A stretch of DNA of 64,000 bases. It comes from Bacillota bacterium. GTDB lineage: Bacteria > Bacillota_I > Bacilli_A > ML615J-28 > CAG-698. The stretch spans positions 6,713 through 70,712 of the forward strand of contig JAEEHM010000112.1 of NCBI GenBank assembly GCA_016280895.1, given 5' to 3'. A model generated the notes under the pieces. That model had not been told where the DNA came from. It did no database searches and saw only the letters and a list, made by a program, of their open reading frames with translations. Numbering within the stretch: position 1 is the stretch's first letter; each line of letters opens with the position of its first letter. This document shows, one piece after another, positions 28,556-38,700 of this stretch. The position numbers and the translations under genes are program-made.

Positions 28556-29672
28556 ATGCAGTGGCTGTGGTGCAATCATTCAATCAAATGATAGTTTAGC
28601 ACCTGGCTATATTGACAAAGAGGTTCTAGAAAAACACAAGGATGGTAATTTTTATTGTAAGAGATGTTTTGATTTAAAACACTATAATAAAAATGTAATC
28701 CTAAAAATGGATAATGATAAATATCTAGAGAATTTAGAAAAAATCAAAAAAGATAAGGGTTTAATTGTTTATATAGTGGATTTATTTGATTTAGATGGCA
28801 CAATACTAGCAAATATCAATGAGATATACAAAAGTGATAATATCTTACTTGTTGCTAATAAGGTTGATTTATTTTTAAATTCAATTAATTTAAATAATAT
28901 TTATAATTATTTAAGAAGATATTTAAAATCAAGAAATATTAGAGTAAAAGATGTTTTCTTAATGTCAAGCTTTAAAAATGAAGATATTGATTTATTAATT
29001 GAAGAGATTAAGAAAAACAAAGATAATAATCAAAATGTGTACTTTGTTGGTATGACTAATGTTGGAAAGAGTACTATTTTAAATAAGATTATTTATAAAT
29101 ACACAGATGTTGCTGATTTAATTACTGTTTCTAATAATGTGAATACTACTCTTGATAATATTTATATTCCTTTTGATGATAATTCATATTTTGTGGATAC
29201 TCCTGGTATTTTAAATGATCAAAGTATGATTTATTATTTATCAAAAGAATCTTATAAAGCTATTACACCAAGATCTTATATTAGGCCTAAAACATTCCAA
29301 TTAAATAAAGATCAATCTTTATTTGTGGCTGGTTTTGTGAGAATTGATTATTTAGGTAAAGAGGATAATGGTTTTAAAGAAAAGGCATCATTTATTACTA
29401 ATTTCAATAATAGCTTATTAATTCATAGAACAAAAGAAGAAAATGCTGATGTGTTTTATGAGAAGCATAAGGATGATATATTAAAATATCCTGACTCTGA
29501 TGAGAGATTGAAATTAGGTGAATTGAGAAGTGAAATTATTGAAGTGAGTAAGAATACAAAAATCGATTTAGCAATCTTTGGTATTGGTTTTATTTCCATT
29601 TTCGCAAATGGTAAAATTAGAATAACAAGTTTTGAAAATGTAAAATATAGAATAAGAGAGGCAATGATTTAA
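28536..29672 (+). CDS. yqeH: Ribosome biogenesis GTPase YqeH
   Basis: N-terminal zinc finger CSGCGA...CKRCF. Circularly permuted GTPase motifs (NKVDL before GMTNVGKST). Confidence 0.85.
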   Translation: MKNMNIRCSGCGAIIQSNDSLAPGYIDKEVLEKHKDGNFYCKRCFDLKHYNKNVILKMDNDKYLENLEKIKKDKGLIVYIVDLFDLDGTILANINEIYKSDNILLVANKVDLFLNSINLNNIYNYLRRYLKSRNIRVKDVFLMSSFKNEDIDLLIEEIKKNKDNNQNVYFVGMTNVGKSTILNKIIYKYTDVADLITVSNNVNTTLDNIYIPFDDNSYFVDTPGILNDQSMIYYLSKESYKAITPRSYIRPKTFQLNKDQSLFVAGFVRIDYLGKEDNGFKEKASFITNFNNSLLIHRTKEENADVFYEKHKDDILKYPDSDERLKLGELRSEIIEVSKNTKIDLAIFGIGFISIFANGKIRITSFENVKYRIREAMI

Positions 29673-30604
29673 TGAATAAATTCTTTGAATTTGATTACTA
29701 CAAACAAAAACTTTGGGAAAAATATCAAAGCTGTAGTGATGGTACAGCTGAGATGGAAGAAAAAATGAAGGAGAGATTCAATCATAGTATTGGTGTTGTT
29801 GATATGGCTATTGAACTTATTAGAATTCATAATCTTCCCATTGATGAAGAAAAGGCAAAAATATGCGCTATTTTACATGATTATGCTAAATATTGCAGTA
29901 TGGAAGAATTTCAATCAATTAAAGAAGAATTTAATGTCGATGTTGAAGTTATTCCGGAATACAAAAAAGTCCTTCATGCATTACTTGGTGGATATATTGT
30001 GAAAAAAGAATTGGGTATTGAAGATGAAGATATTTTAAAAGCTATTGAAACTCATTCTACCGCAAATTCTAATATGAGCCCCCTTCAAGAAATTATCTAT
30101 CTTGCTGATTGCGTAGAAGCAGGTAGAAGTGGTGAATATTTCGCAAATATCAGAAAGATAGCAAGAAAGAATTATAAAAAAGCGATTGCGATTTTCTTAA
30201 GAGATTGTATTGAAAGAATACTTTCTGATAAGACTAAAAATTTACATCCTTATACTTTAAATGCGTTTGAAGAATATAAGAAATATTTACTTTCTGGTGA
30301 AAATAAATATGAGCAAGTATTAAGTGCACTTGATCATAATTTAATTAAAGAAGTAAAGGTATATGATGTCAGAAATTCAAGTCCATATTTTGAATATATT
30401 ATCGTTGCAACTACTGCATCTAGCCGACAAATGCAAGCCTGCGTTAATTATTTAAAAGATGATTTTGATATAAGAGGTGCTGAGATTGGTGATGCTTGGA
30501 GTTTGATCGATTTAAATGATATAATTGTACATATCTTTAAAGAAGAAGAAAGAGAAAGATATGGAATTGATCGTTTATATGCATCATATCCAGTGGTGAA
30601 ATAA
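29672..30604 (+). CDS. Fusion of a YqeK-type HD phosphohydrolase with ribosome silencing factor RsfS
   Basis: Residues 1-~205 form an HD domain (HSIGV, LHDYAKY, YLADCVEAGR). Residues ~210-310 are RsfS/iojap-like (VKVYDVRNSSPYFEYIIVATTASSRQMQA...DLNDIIVHIF). Confidence 0.8.
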   Translation: MNKFFEFDYYKQKLWEKYQSCSDGTAEMEEKMKERFNHSIGVVDMAIELIRIHNLPIDEEKAKICAILHDYAKYCSMEEFQSIKEEFNVDVEVIPEYKKVLHALLGGYIVKKELGIEDEDILKAIETHSTANSNMSPLQEIIYLADCVEAGRSGEYFANIRKIARKNYKKAIAIFLRDCIERILSDKTKNLHPYTLNAFEEYKKYLLSGENKYEQVLSALDHNLIKEVKVYDVRNSSPYFEYIIVATTASSRQMQACVNYLKDDFDIRGAEIGDAWSLIDLNDIIVHIFKEEERERYGIDRLYASYPVVK

Positions 30605-30605
30605 T

Positions 30606-31634
30606 ATGAAAAAGTTTGTAGGTATTTTATTTATATTTACCTTTTCATTAATACTTTTTGCATGTAAGAAAGTAGATACAGAACTGCTTACCGTGCCTAC
30701 TGAAAAAGTTAATGTTAATTTCAGCATTGCTGATTTTAATTTAGTGAATGATGAAGGTAAGGAATGGGTTTCTTTTAATGTAATAGCAGAAACAAGTGTT
30801 CAATTAAATGTTGAATTTGATTTATCATATGTTTATTATCATGAACAAGGTGCTTATATTGATGCTTCTTTAACATCACTTGCTAGCTTTGATGGAAGGA
30901 TTAATAGAGGAACTAATCTTTTAGATTTTAAAATTGAATTAAAAGAAGAAAATTATGATGATTATATTTACATTAAGTTAGAAAATAATAGTGATAAATA
31001 TAATTATATTATCTTCAAAATGGTAGATAAAAGCCTTATATCAATTGCACTTGATGTTTTAAGTAAGGATGCTAATAATGAAATTGCTAAAAAGATAGAT
31101 GATACAATCAATACTATTGATGTATCTTCAATTGAAATGAGCATTGATTATGATAATAAAAAAGTGCAAGCCTTAGGTGCTGGTTATGTATTGAATGCTG
31201 ATTTTAGTGATGATTATATTATTGTTGAAATTGTGTTTAGTTCTAAGGCACATTTAACAAATGATTTTGATAAATTAGCAATTAAAGTTAATAATGAAAG
31301 TGCTAAAGGTAATTTATATATTGATAATAATAAATATTATTACAAAGAAGAAGTTGAAAAAACAAATACTGATGTTATTATCAATTCTATTTCTTTAACA
31401 TTTGATTATCTAAAGCATTCAGAAGAAATTAAGAAAGCAGAATACACTGCATTAATGAGTAATCCTGAATATAATAAGATTACAATTACTATTACTTTAA
31501 ATAGTGGATATGTATTTTCTTCTGATTTATCTTTAACAATTAATGATAAAAATATCGATAAATCTTTATATAAAATTGATAATAGTGTACTAACTTATAT
31601 CTTTGATGATCCTAATTGGAGTGGTTTCTATTAA
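30606..31634 (+). CDS. Lipoprotein of unknown function
   Basis: Lipobox LFAC. No recognisable domains. Confidence 0.55.
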   Translation: MKKFVGILFIFTFSLILFACKKVDTELLTVPTEKVNVNFSIADFNLVNDEGKEWVSFNVIAETSVQLNVEFDLSYVYYHEQGAYIDASLTSLASFDGRINRGTNLLDFKIELKEENYDDYIYIKLENNSDKYNYIIFKMVDKSLISIALDVLSKDANNEIAKKIDDTINTIDVSSIEMSIDYDNKKVQALGAGYVLNADFSDDYIIVEIVFSSKAHLTNDFDKLAIKVNNESAKGNLYIDNNKYYYKEEVEKTNTDVIINSISLTFDYLKHSEEIKKAEYTALMSNPEYNKITITITLNSGYVFSSDLSLTINDKNIDKSLYKIDNSVLTYIFDDPNWSGFY

Positions 31635-31670
31635 AATTTTCTTAAATTTTGTTAAATTTTAAATTTATTC

Positions 31671-31699
31671 TTGACAAATATTGTAATATAGGTTAAAAT
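31671..31699 (+). promoter_or_regulatory. sigmaA promoter driving the riboswitch leader
   Basis: TTGACA (31671-31676), 17 nt spacer, TAAAAT (31694-31699). Confidence 0.7.
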
Positions 31700-31711
31700 A
31701 TGTTTGTAAGA

Positions 31712-31778
31712 GGTAATGGGCAAAGCAGGGGAGACCTTGTGACGCAAAGCTATAGGGCCTGAAAAGGTAGCCAGTTGC
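31712..31778 (+). promoter_or_regulatory. c-di-GMP-I (GEMM-I) riboswitch aptamer 1
   Basis: GGGCAAAGC; a hairpin CAGGG-GAGA-CCTTG with a GNRA loop; GACGCAAAGC; GGGCCT...GGTAGCCAGTTGC. This matches the conserved GEMM-I core. Confidence 0.85.
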
Positions 31779-31844
31779 AAAATGGGCAAAGCATGGGAAA
31801 CTATGTGACGCAAAGCTATAGGACCTGAAATGGTAGCCAGTTGC
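31779..31844 (+). promoter_or_regulatory. c-di-GMP-I (GEMM-I) riboswitch aptamer 2
   Basis: A second copy 66 nt downstream, with the same conserved blocks. Its hairpin CATGG-GAAA-CTATG shows compensatory changes relative to aptamer 1. Confidence 0.85.
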
Positions 31845-31865
31845 ATAAAGCAATTGGCTTTTTTT
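31836..31865 (+). terminator. Riboswitch expression platform: intrinsic terminator
   Basis: Stem GCCAGTTGC / GCAATTGGC (9 bp, one G-U), loop ATAAA, then T7. The 5' arm is the 3' end of aptamer 2. Confidence 0.8.
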
Positions 31866-31882
31866 GTTTATTAGGTGATATT

Positions 31883-32671
31883 ATGAGAAAAAAAATAATT
31901 TTGTCCATAATTAGTATTATATTGACTGGCTTTTGCTTGGTTACATTAACATATTCGTGGTTTGCGTTTAATGATACAGTTCAAACTACTGGTATGACAA
32001 TTAGTGTTAAGGGAGCTGATGATATTTTTATCGAAGAGTTCCATATTTATAAGCGAGATCAGGAAAATAATGCTATCGAAGAAGTTTCAAATAATATAAC
32101 AGATGATCCTTTATACAATAAACCTGTTAGTTTAAATCCTTATGATACAATCATTAAAGAAAGAAATGTTGGAACACATATTGTTATTTCAATTTTGGTT
32201 AAAAATATTCAATTAGGAAAAACAATTAATATTTCTGCTTTTAATAATAACGCGATATCAACAGAAGATAGATTTGAACCATTAGGTAACTATTTGTCTA
32301 ATATTAGTGGATTCCGTTGCCGTTGTGGTCAATCAAGCGACACAATTGAAACTGCATTTGGTTCATTTACTGATGAAGAAATAAATAGCTTTGTAAGTGT
32401 AAGTACTATTGATGATGGAGAACATCAATGGGAAAATTCTAAATTATCAACACTCATTATGACTTTAAGTAATTATGATGATAAAGTATTTTATGAAGAA
32501 GGCTCAACATCTCCACAACTTAGAGTATATATAGAATTATCTTACAATGAAGAATTAGTTACTGCTTATTTGAATCAAAATGGTTCATCTACAGACTTTG
32601 GTTCCGTTTTAGAAAATGAAGTTCATTTTACAAATGACTTATTACCATTCTTATTTGAATATTCGAATTAA
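31883..32671 (+). CDS. TasA/camelysin-like secreted protein with a SipW-type signal sequence
   Basis: SD sequence AGGTGA upstream of the ATG at 31883. The N-terminus MRKKIILSIISIILTGFCLVTLTYSWFAFNDTV resembles the B. subtilis TasA signal/N-terminus (...GGGTWAAFND). Confidence 0.6.
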   Translation: MRKKIILSIISIILTGFCLVTLTYSWFAFNDTVQTTGMTISVKGADDIFIEEFHIYKRDQENNAIEEVSNNITDDPLYNKPVSLNPYDTIIKERNVGTHIVISILVKNIQLGKTINISAFNNNAISTEDRFEPLGNYLSNISGFRCRCGQSSDTIETAFGSFTDEEINSFVSVSTIDDGEHQWENSKLSTLIMTLSNYDDKVFYEEGSTSPQLRVYIELSYNEELVTAYLNQNGSSTDFGSVLENEVHFTNDLLPFLFEYSN

Positions 32672-32698
32672 AAAAATATATAGAAACGAGGAAATTAT

Positions 32699-33330
32699 AT
32701 GAGAAAATTGACTATATTAAGACATATAATTTCGCTAATGCTGATAGTTGTATTAGGATTCACTATTACTTATTCATGGTTTGCGAGAAGCAATAATATT
32801 GACCCACAATTAAGTGATGCAACTATCATTAAACAGTATTTCCATACTGGTTCAGGTACAGAAGAAGATCCATTTGTAATTACACGTCCTGTTCATTATT
32901 ATAATCTTGTTCAATTATTCCAAAGAACAAGTGGATTTGCGGTAGATGGTGATTCTTCAAAAGTATATTATTTCCAATTAGGTTATGAACTTGATAATAC
33001 AAGTGAAGGCTTGGAGTTTTATAATTATGATGATGATGGTAACCAAATTAATACATCTGGTAATAAATATTCTAAAGAATTGAACTTGGAATTCTATAAT
33101 GGAGACAATGCTTTACTTCCTATTGGAACTAGTGATATACCATTTAATGATGTCTTTAATGGAAGTGGATTAACTGTTAAGAATCTACATGTAAAAGCAA
33201 CTGAAACAGTTGGTGATGTTACATTTGGTACTGCAGATATAGGTATTTTTGGTTTTGTAACAGAAGAAGCATCAATATCAAATGTATATTATTCTAATTT
33301 TGATATTGATTTAACCGGTACAGATTATAC
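32699..33330 (+). repeat. Near-identical ~630 bp block, copy A (5' end of the 755 aa gene)
   Basis: Hand alignment to 35102-35733 gives roughly 95% nucleotide identity, while the rest of the two genes is strongly diverged. Confidence 0.85.
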
Positions 33331-34966
33331 AAGAACAGTAAGTAGTCATAATATAGATGTTCATGATACTAATGATACTGGAACTGCTGATGTTGTTTAT
33401 GTTGGATACGTTGCTGGCCATATCGTTGACGCTACATGCTTTAGCAATTTCTACATTAATAGCTGTGAAATAATTGGCCAAACTTCTAGTTTTAGAAGTG
33501 ATTGGGGTTATTTTGGCTATTGTGAGAATGCAGAAACAATTGACGAATTTATAGAAAGAATTAATGGAGGACAAGGCTCTGATGCTGGTTGGGGTGGTTC
33601 ATTTATTTCGAAAGATTATACTGCATTAGCATATTCTATTCGCCCAAATAACACAGGGACTTGGACAAAACAAGAGTCAGGCCCAGGAGGATATAATATG
33701 TCATTCACAGCATCTTCTGGCAATAATCCGAACAATTATGGAATTGTATATCGGTTAAGAGATGGCTCTTATGTTCCTCTAAAATTTAATAATGATGGAA
33801 AATCTGATATGATGAACACTGGTTATTTAGTTGGAAGCAATGTAAATAATACAGGAGTTAATGCTTCACCAAAAATTTCATCATATAGATTAGTAAATAT
33901 TGGCAATGCTTTAAGTGATACTGCATACAATGATATGCAAAAAACATATTCGACAAGCACTGCAAATATTACATATACTGATAATAAATTGGAAGTTTTG
34001 ACTTACTACAATGGACAATGGGTAAGAATACAAGATGAACACAATTCAGGTAACAATACTAAAAATTCTTTAATTAAAAATTATAGTAGAGTTTCGGTCG
34101 AAAATTTAAACTTTGTTAAATATAATGATTCGCGTAATGCGTTACAAGAATTAATGACAGACCAAAGTTATGTGCATGGAATACATTTTGACAATAATCA
34201 AGTTAGTATTTCTAATTTGTTGACAATTCCTGCTAACACTGCAAGAATTAACGGTATACAATATGATACAACCTATCAAGTTCCTAAAGGCTCAATTAAT
34301 TTTAATTTAAAAGAGTCGGGCGTTATAAATTTCTTTGCTGGAACTTACAATTCATCGAATGTTGATCTGAATTTCTTCTCCTTATATGAAATTACTAGAA
34401 ATGGTGGTAATATAAGTAAAATAAAAGAAATTGTAGAAATATTTCAAGATGCCGATGACAATACCAAGAAAGTATATAAGTATTCTGATAATACTTATTC
34501 AGCTGGAAGAAGAGGTGCATCAGTATTTAATGTTTCTACAATCTTAAAGGGAGTTGCGCCTGTAAAAAACATGCTTTATTATTTTGAATTGCCAGTTAAT
34601 TCTGGAGAATATGCAATGGGTGTTGCTGGCTCAACACAGGGCGCATATATGGTATATCTTGATTTGTGCGCAAATGCTAATAATAGTAATCCTGAACAAA
34701 TTGTTGTTGACAATTTTGCAACAGTCGAATATCGTTCTGCAAGTGACACAATTGAAAACAACATTTTGATATTGACATTCAATCAAAATAGTAACTTAAA
34801 TGTATCTGTAAAAGTTGTATTTGATAAAGAAGAAAATTGTTATAGTATTTTTACTAGTGCTAATATACCTATTACAGTTACGATACTAGATAGTAATTAT
34901 ACATATAAATTTAATAATATCACTATTTCATCCGAAGTAGGGTCTTATACGATAACATCCCCTTAG
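32699..34966 (+). CDS. Large secreted protein with a SipW-type signal, a GLUG-like beta-helical region and a conserved C-terminal module
   Basis: N-terminus ...LGFTITYSWFARSNN; GSGTEEDPFVITRPVHYYNL; FNGSGLTVKNLHV...IGIFGFV repeat pattern. The C-terminal module is shared with the 1598 aa paralogue. No LPXTG motif. Confidence 0.6.
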   Translation: MRKLTILRHIISLMLIVVLGFTITYSWFARSNNIDPQLSDATIIKQYFHTGSGTEEDPFVITRPVHYYNLVQLFQRTSGFAVDGDSSKVYYFQLGYELDNTSEGLEFYNYDDDGNQINTSGNKYSKELNLEFYNGDNALLPIGTSDIPFNDVFNGSGLTVKNLHVKATETVGDVTFGTADIGIFGFVTEEASISNVYYSNFDIDLTGTDYTRTVSSHNIDVHDTNDTGTADVVYVGYVAGHIVDATCFSNFYINSCEIIGQTSSFRSDWGYFGYCENAETIDEFIERINGGQGSDAGWGGSFISKDYTALAYSIRPNNTGTWTKQESGPGGYNMSFTASSGNNPNNYGIVYRLRDGSYVPLKFNNDGKSDMMNTGYLVGSNVNNTGVNASPKISSYRLVNIGNALSDTAYNDMQKTYSTSTANITYTDNKLEVLTYYNGQWVRIQDEHNSGNNTKNSLIKNYSRVSVENLNFVKYNDSRNALQELMTDQSYVHGIHFDNNQVSISNLLTIPANTARINGIQYDTTYQVPKGSINFNLKESGVINFFAGTYNSSNVDLNFFSLYEITRNGGNISKIKEIVEIFQDADDNTKKVYKYSDNTYSAGRRGASVFNVSTILKGVAPVKNMLYYFELPVNSGEYAMGVAGSTQGAYMVYLDLCANANNSNPEQIVVDNFATVEYRSASDTIENNILILTFNQNSNLNVSVKVVFDKEENCYSIFTSANIPITVTILDSNYTYKFNNITISSEVGSYTITSP

Positions 34967-35101
34967 GGGCAATAATTATATATAAAAAGGGATGAAGTTT
35001 TTTATCCTCTTTTTGATACTTTTAAACAATACAATCATGAAAGGAAAGGAGGCTTAATACAAGTATTAAGATAAATCTTTTTATAAGTATTACAATTAAA
35101 T

Positions 35102-35733
35102 ATGAGAAAATTAAACATTATTAGACACATATTTTCAATTTTACTTTTATTAGTATTAGGCTTTTCTGTGACTTATTCATGGTTTGCAAGAAGCAATAAT
35201 ATTGATCCACAATTAAGTGATGCAACTATCATCAAACAGTATTTCCATACTGGTTCAGGTACAGAAGAAGATCCATTTGTAATTACACGTCCTGTTCATT
35301 ATTATAATCTTGTTCAATTATTCCAAAGAACAAGTGGATTTGCGGTAGATGGTGATGCATCAAAAGTATATTATTTCCAATTAGGTTATGAACTTGATAA
35401 TACAAGTGAAGGCTTAGAATTTTATAATTATGACGATGATGGAAACCAAATTAATACTTCTGGTAATAAATATTCTAAAGAGCTGAACCTAGAATTTTAT
35501 AATGGTTCTAATGCATTACTTCCAATTGGAACTAGTGATATACCATTTAATGATGTCTTTAATGGAAGTGGATTAACTGTTAAGAATCTACATGTAAAAG
35601 CAACTGAAACTGTTGGTGATGTTACATTTGGAACTGCAGATATAGGTATTTTTGGTTATGTAACAGAAGAAGCATCAATATCAAATGTATATTATTCTAA
35701 TTTTGATATTGATTTAACTGGTACAGATCCAAC
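35102..35733 (+). repeat. Near-identical ~630 bp block, copy B (5' end of the 1598 aa gene)
   Basis: See copy A. Confidence 0.85.
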
Positions 35734-38700
35734 TAGAACTGTTAGTGGTCATAATTCTGATGTACATGATAGTGATAATAATCACACTGCTGATTTAGTA
35801 TATGTAGGTTATATTGCAGGACATGTTAATTTAGCAACTACTATTTCTAATGTATATATCAATAACTGTAAGATTATTGGTGGAAATGCAGCTAAAAGTA
35901 GCTTTGGTTATTTTGGCTGCGTAGAATCTACTGGTGATGTTGATGTTCCTACTCTTGGTGAATTAATTGCTAATTTGCATACATCTGGCGAAGGAGCAGG
36001 TTTTGGTGGCTCTATCAAGATGAAGGATATACTTGAAAGACTTGTTGCTATTGCAAGTACTAATGTTAGTTCAACAATAACTACATATGGAAATATTGAA
36101 ACAATAACAATTGATGAAAGAAAAAATACACAGGTTTATAATACAGTAAGTACAAAAAATATTACTTATATTGACACTAGTCAATATAATAGAGATGATT
36201 ATCGATATTATAAACACAGTGATTATGATGGACAATACTATTTTATTGACTCATTGTCTGGAGATCATAGATATGAAGGTCTATTTGGAACAAATAGTTT
36301 AAATAAAAAGTCAATTATCACTTTTACATACAAAGATAATGATTTAGATGCTTGGTACATTAAAAATGGTGATACCTATTTATCTGCTAGTAATTTAGCT
36401 TTAGCATCTGCCAATGCTGAAGATCAAGCAGCTAAATGGGTTTATGAAGAGAACAGTGATGGAACATATTATCTTTGCTGCTATTTAGAAACATATACAA
36501 ATGATACAACTGTTAAGTACTATTTGAATAGAAGTGGCAATTATGGCCTTACTATTTCAAATTCTGCATCAACAAAATGGAATTTGACTAATGTTGATTC
36601 AGGTGATAGTTTTACTTCTAAATTATATACTGTTGTAAATGGTGAAAATCGTTATATAGAATATGATTCTAATACTAATACATGGAAATTAGTGCCTTAT
36701 TTATCATATTATATTATTAAACAAGGCGATAACAATTATTTATCTAATAATGGTAGTGACATTATTAATACAACAACTGAAGCTAATGCTATGAGGTTGA
36801 TTTCTTCAACGAATCCATTAACTGATAATAGTGATATATCTTTATACACTATAATTGATAATGAAAAGAAGTATTTAATATGTGATGGCGAATTGAAGAT
36901 TGCTAATAGTCCAACTCAATGGCATTATGCTAATAATGAACTATCAATAACATATTCAAAGGATTCTTTACTTGATATTAAATATATTTTAGGCTATGAT
37001 GGTACCAAATGGGGAGTTTATGCTGTTTCAGGTAAAGTCATTAATGACGGAAATGATCATTACATGACTGTTCAAAATGGTGGCGTTGGTTCGTCTGATG
37101 AATCAAGTGCTAGTTTATGGCAGTTTTCTAATTCAAGCGGTAATACTGCAATTTATACTGTTGTGGATGGAGAAATCAAATATTTGTCATATAGTACAAG
37201 CAAAGGTTTATATTTTGATGACGATTCGTTCGAATGGAAACGTTCAGGCAATATTTTCTATTTTACATCTGGAAATACTGACTATTATTTAGGCTATTCA
37301 AATGGATGGTGTGTACAAAAATTAGATTATCTAGTAATAGGTTCTGACAATAATTATTTACGTGTTACTGGTGTTAATCAATTTGAAAGTACTACACAAG
37401 AAAATGCAACACATTTTTATTCATCTGGTTTAAGTGAATCATCATCAAGTGGAACATTGTATTGTGCAATTAATGGTGCATATTATTACTTAATTAATGA
37501 TAATGGTGCATTATCGACTAGCGATACAACACAAACTACTTGGACATATAATGCAGATGGAGTTCTAAAGAGTGGTAATTATTACATTGATTTAATAGAT
37601 ACTACTTGGACTATTACTCATTTAGCAAACGGAGAAGGATACTACTATTTAATTAGTAGTGGAAACAATTATTTGTCAGCTAATAATACTACTATCGCTA
37701 ATGAAACATCAAAAGCAAGCGCTACTAAGTGGATTTTCAGCAATGATGATGGTAATAATTCTTCAGGCACTATTCGTAATGCAGCGACTACTAATTCGTA
37801 TTTGTATGGCTCTGCAAGTTGGTGGGGTAATGGAACGTTCGAATGTGGAACAACTCAATCATCATGGACTAATAACAATAGAGTTTTATCTGTTGACGGT
37901 GGTGGTGGTTGGTTTTCTTCAACAGGATACATTCGTTTTAATAATAATGCGTGGTCACTAAATACTAATAATGGTACAACATTGACTTTTGAAAGACGTA
38001 CAATTAATGTTAATATAAGCGAAATGGTTGGAGATATTCCTAATGTTTATGAAACTGATGTTACTAGATCATATTCTGTAGATGTTTTAAATAAGAATGT
38101 AAATAGTGATGAAACATTTACAAAAACTTCTCAACAAGAATTTGAAAAATCTGTAAAAGCAAACGTAAATGGTGGCTATGACACTTATTTTCCAATTAAA
38201 ATAGCTGATTCGGACGAAGGTAGTTGGTATGATGCGAGCGATCCTTATAAGGTTTCAATGAAAAATACTGGCTATATTATCGGTGGTGCTCGATTGTATG
38301 ATACTGAACCAAATACATCTGCTTTCCAAACAGGTTTTGGTGATATTCGTATTTCATATTTCCCAATTAGTAATATTTCATCTTCATATGATGATTCTGC
38401 GCTTACTTCATCAAAAATATCTTATAATAACAATTATCTAATATTAAATGATGCTAAAAACGCTGTTGCTAATACAACTGACGAAGAAAATGCTATTTTT
38501 TGGGACTTTACATCTACCGCTACTAATACTTATAGGATTAGTACAGTAATTGATTCTGTTACTTATTATTTAAGATATAATAATGGTTTAACTATCACAA
38601 CTGATCAAGGTGATTCAACAAGTTGGACATATGTTTCAAGTAATAATAGGTTTTATTCTAGAACTGGTAATAATAATAGAGGATATTATATCCAATATAG

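Noticed and set aside
31652-31853. Two minus-strand ORFs (31652..31846 and 31665..31853) with internally repeated peptides
   Set aside because: They lie exactly over the tandem riboswitch units. The peptide repeat is just the translation of the duplicated aptamer. They have no SD sequence and are antisense to a structured leader.
31841-31882. The TTG start at 31841 given in the ORF track for the first operon gene
   Set aside because: This start lies inside the terminator hairpin and T-run of the riboswitch platform. The ATG at 31883 has an AGGTGA SD sequence and begins a proper signal peptide (MRKKIIL...).
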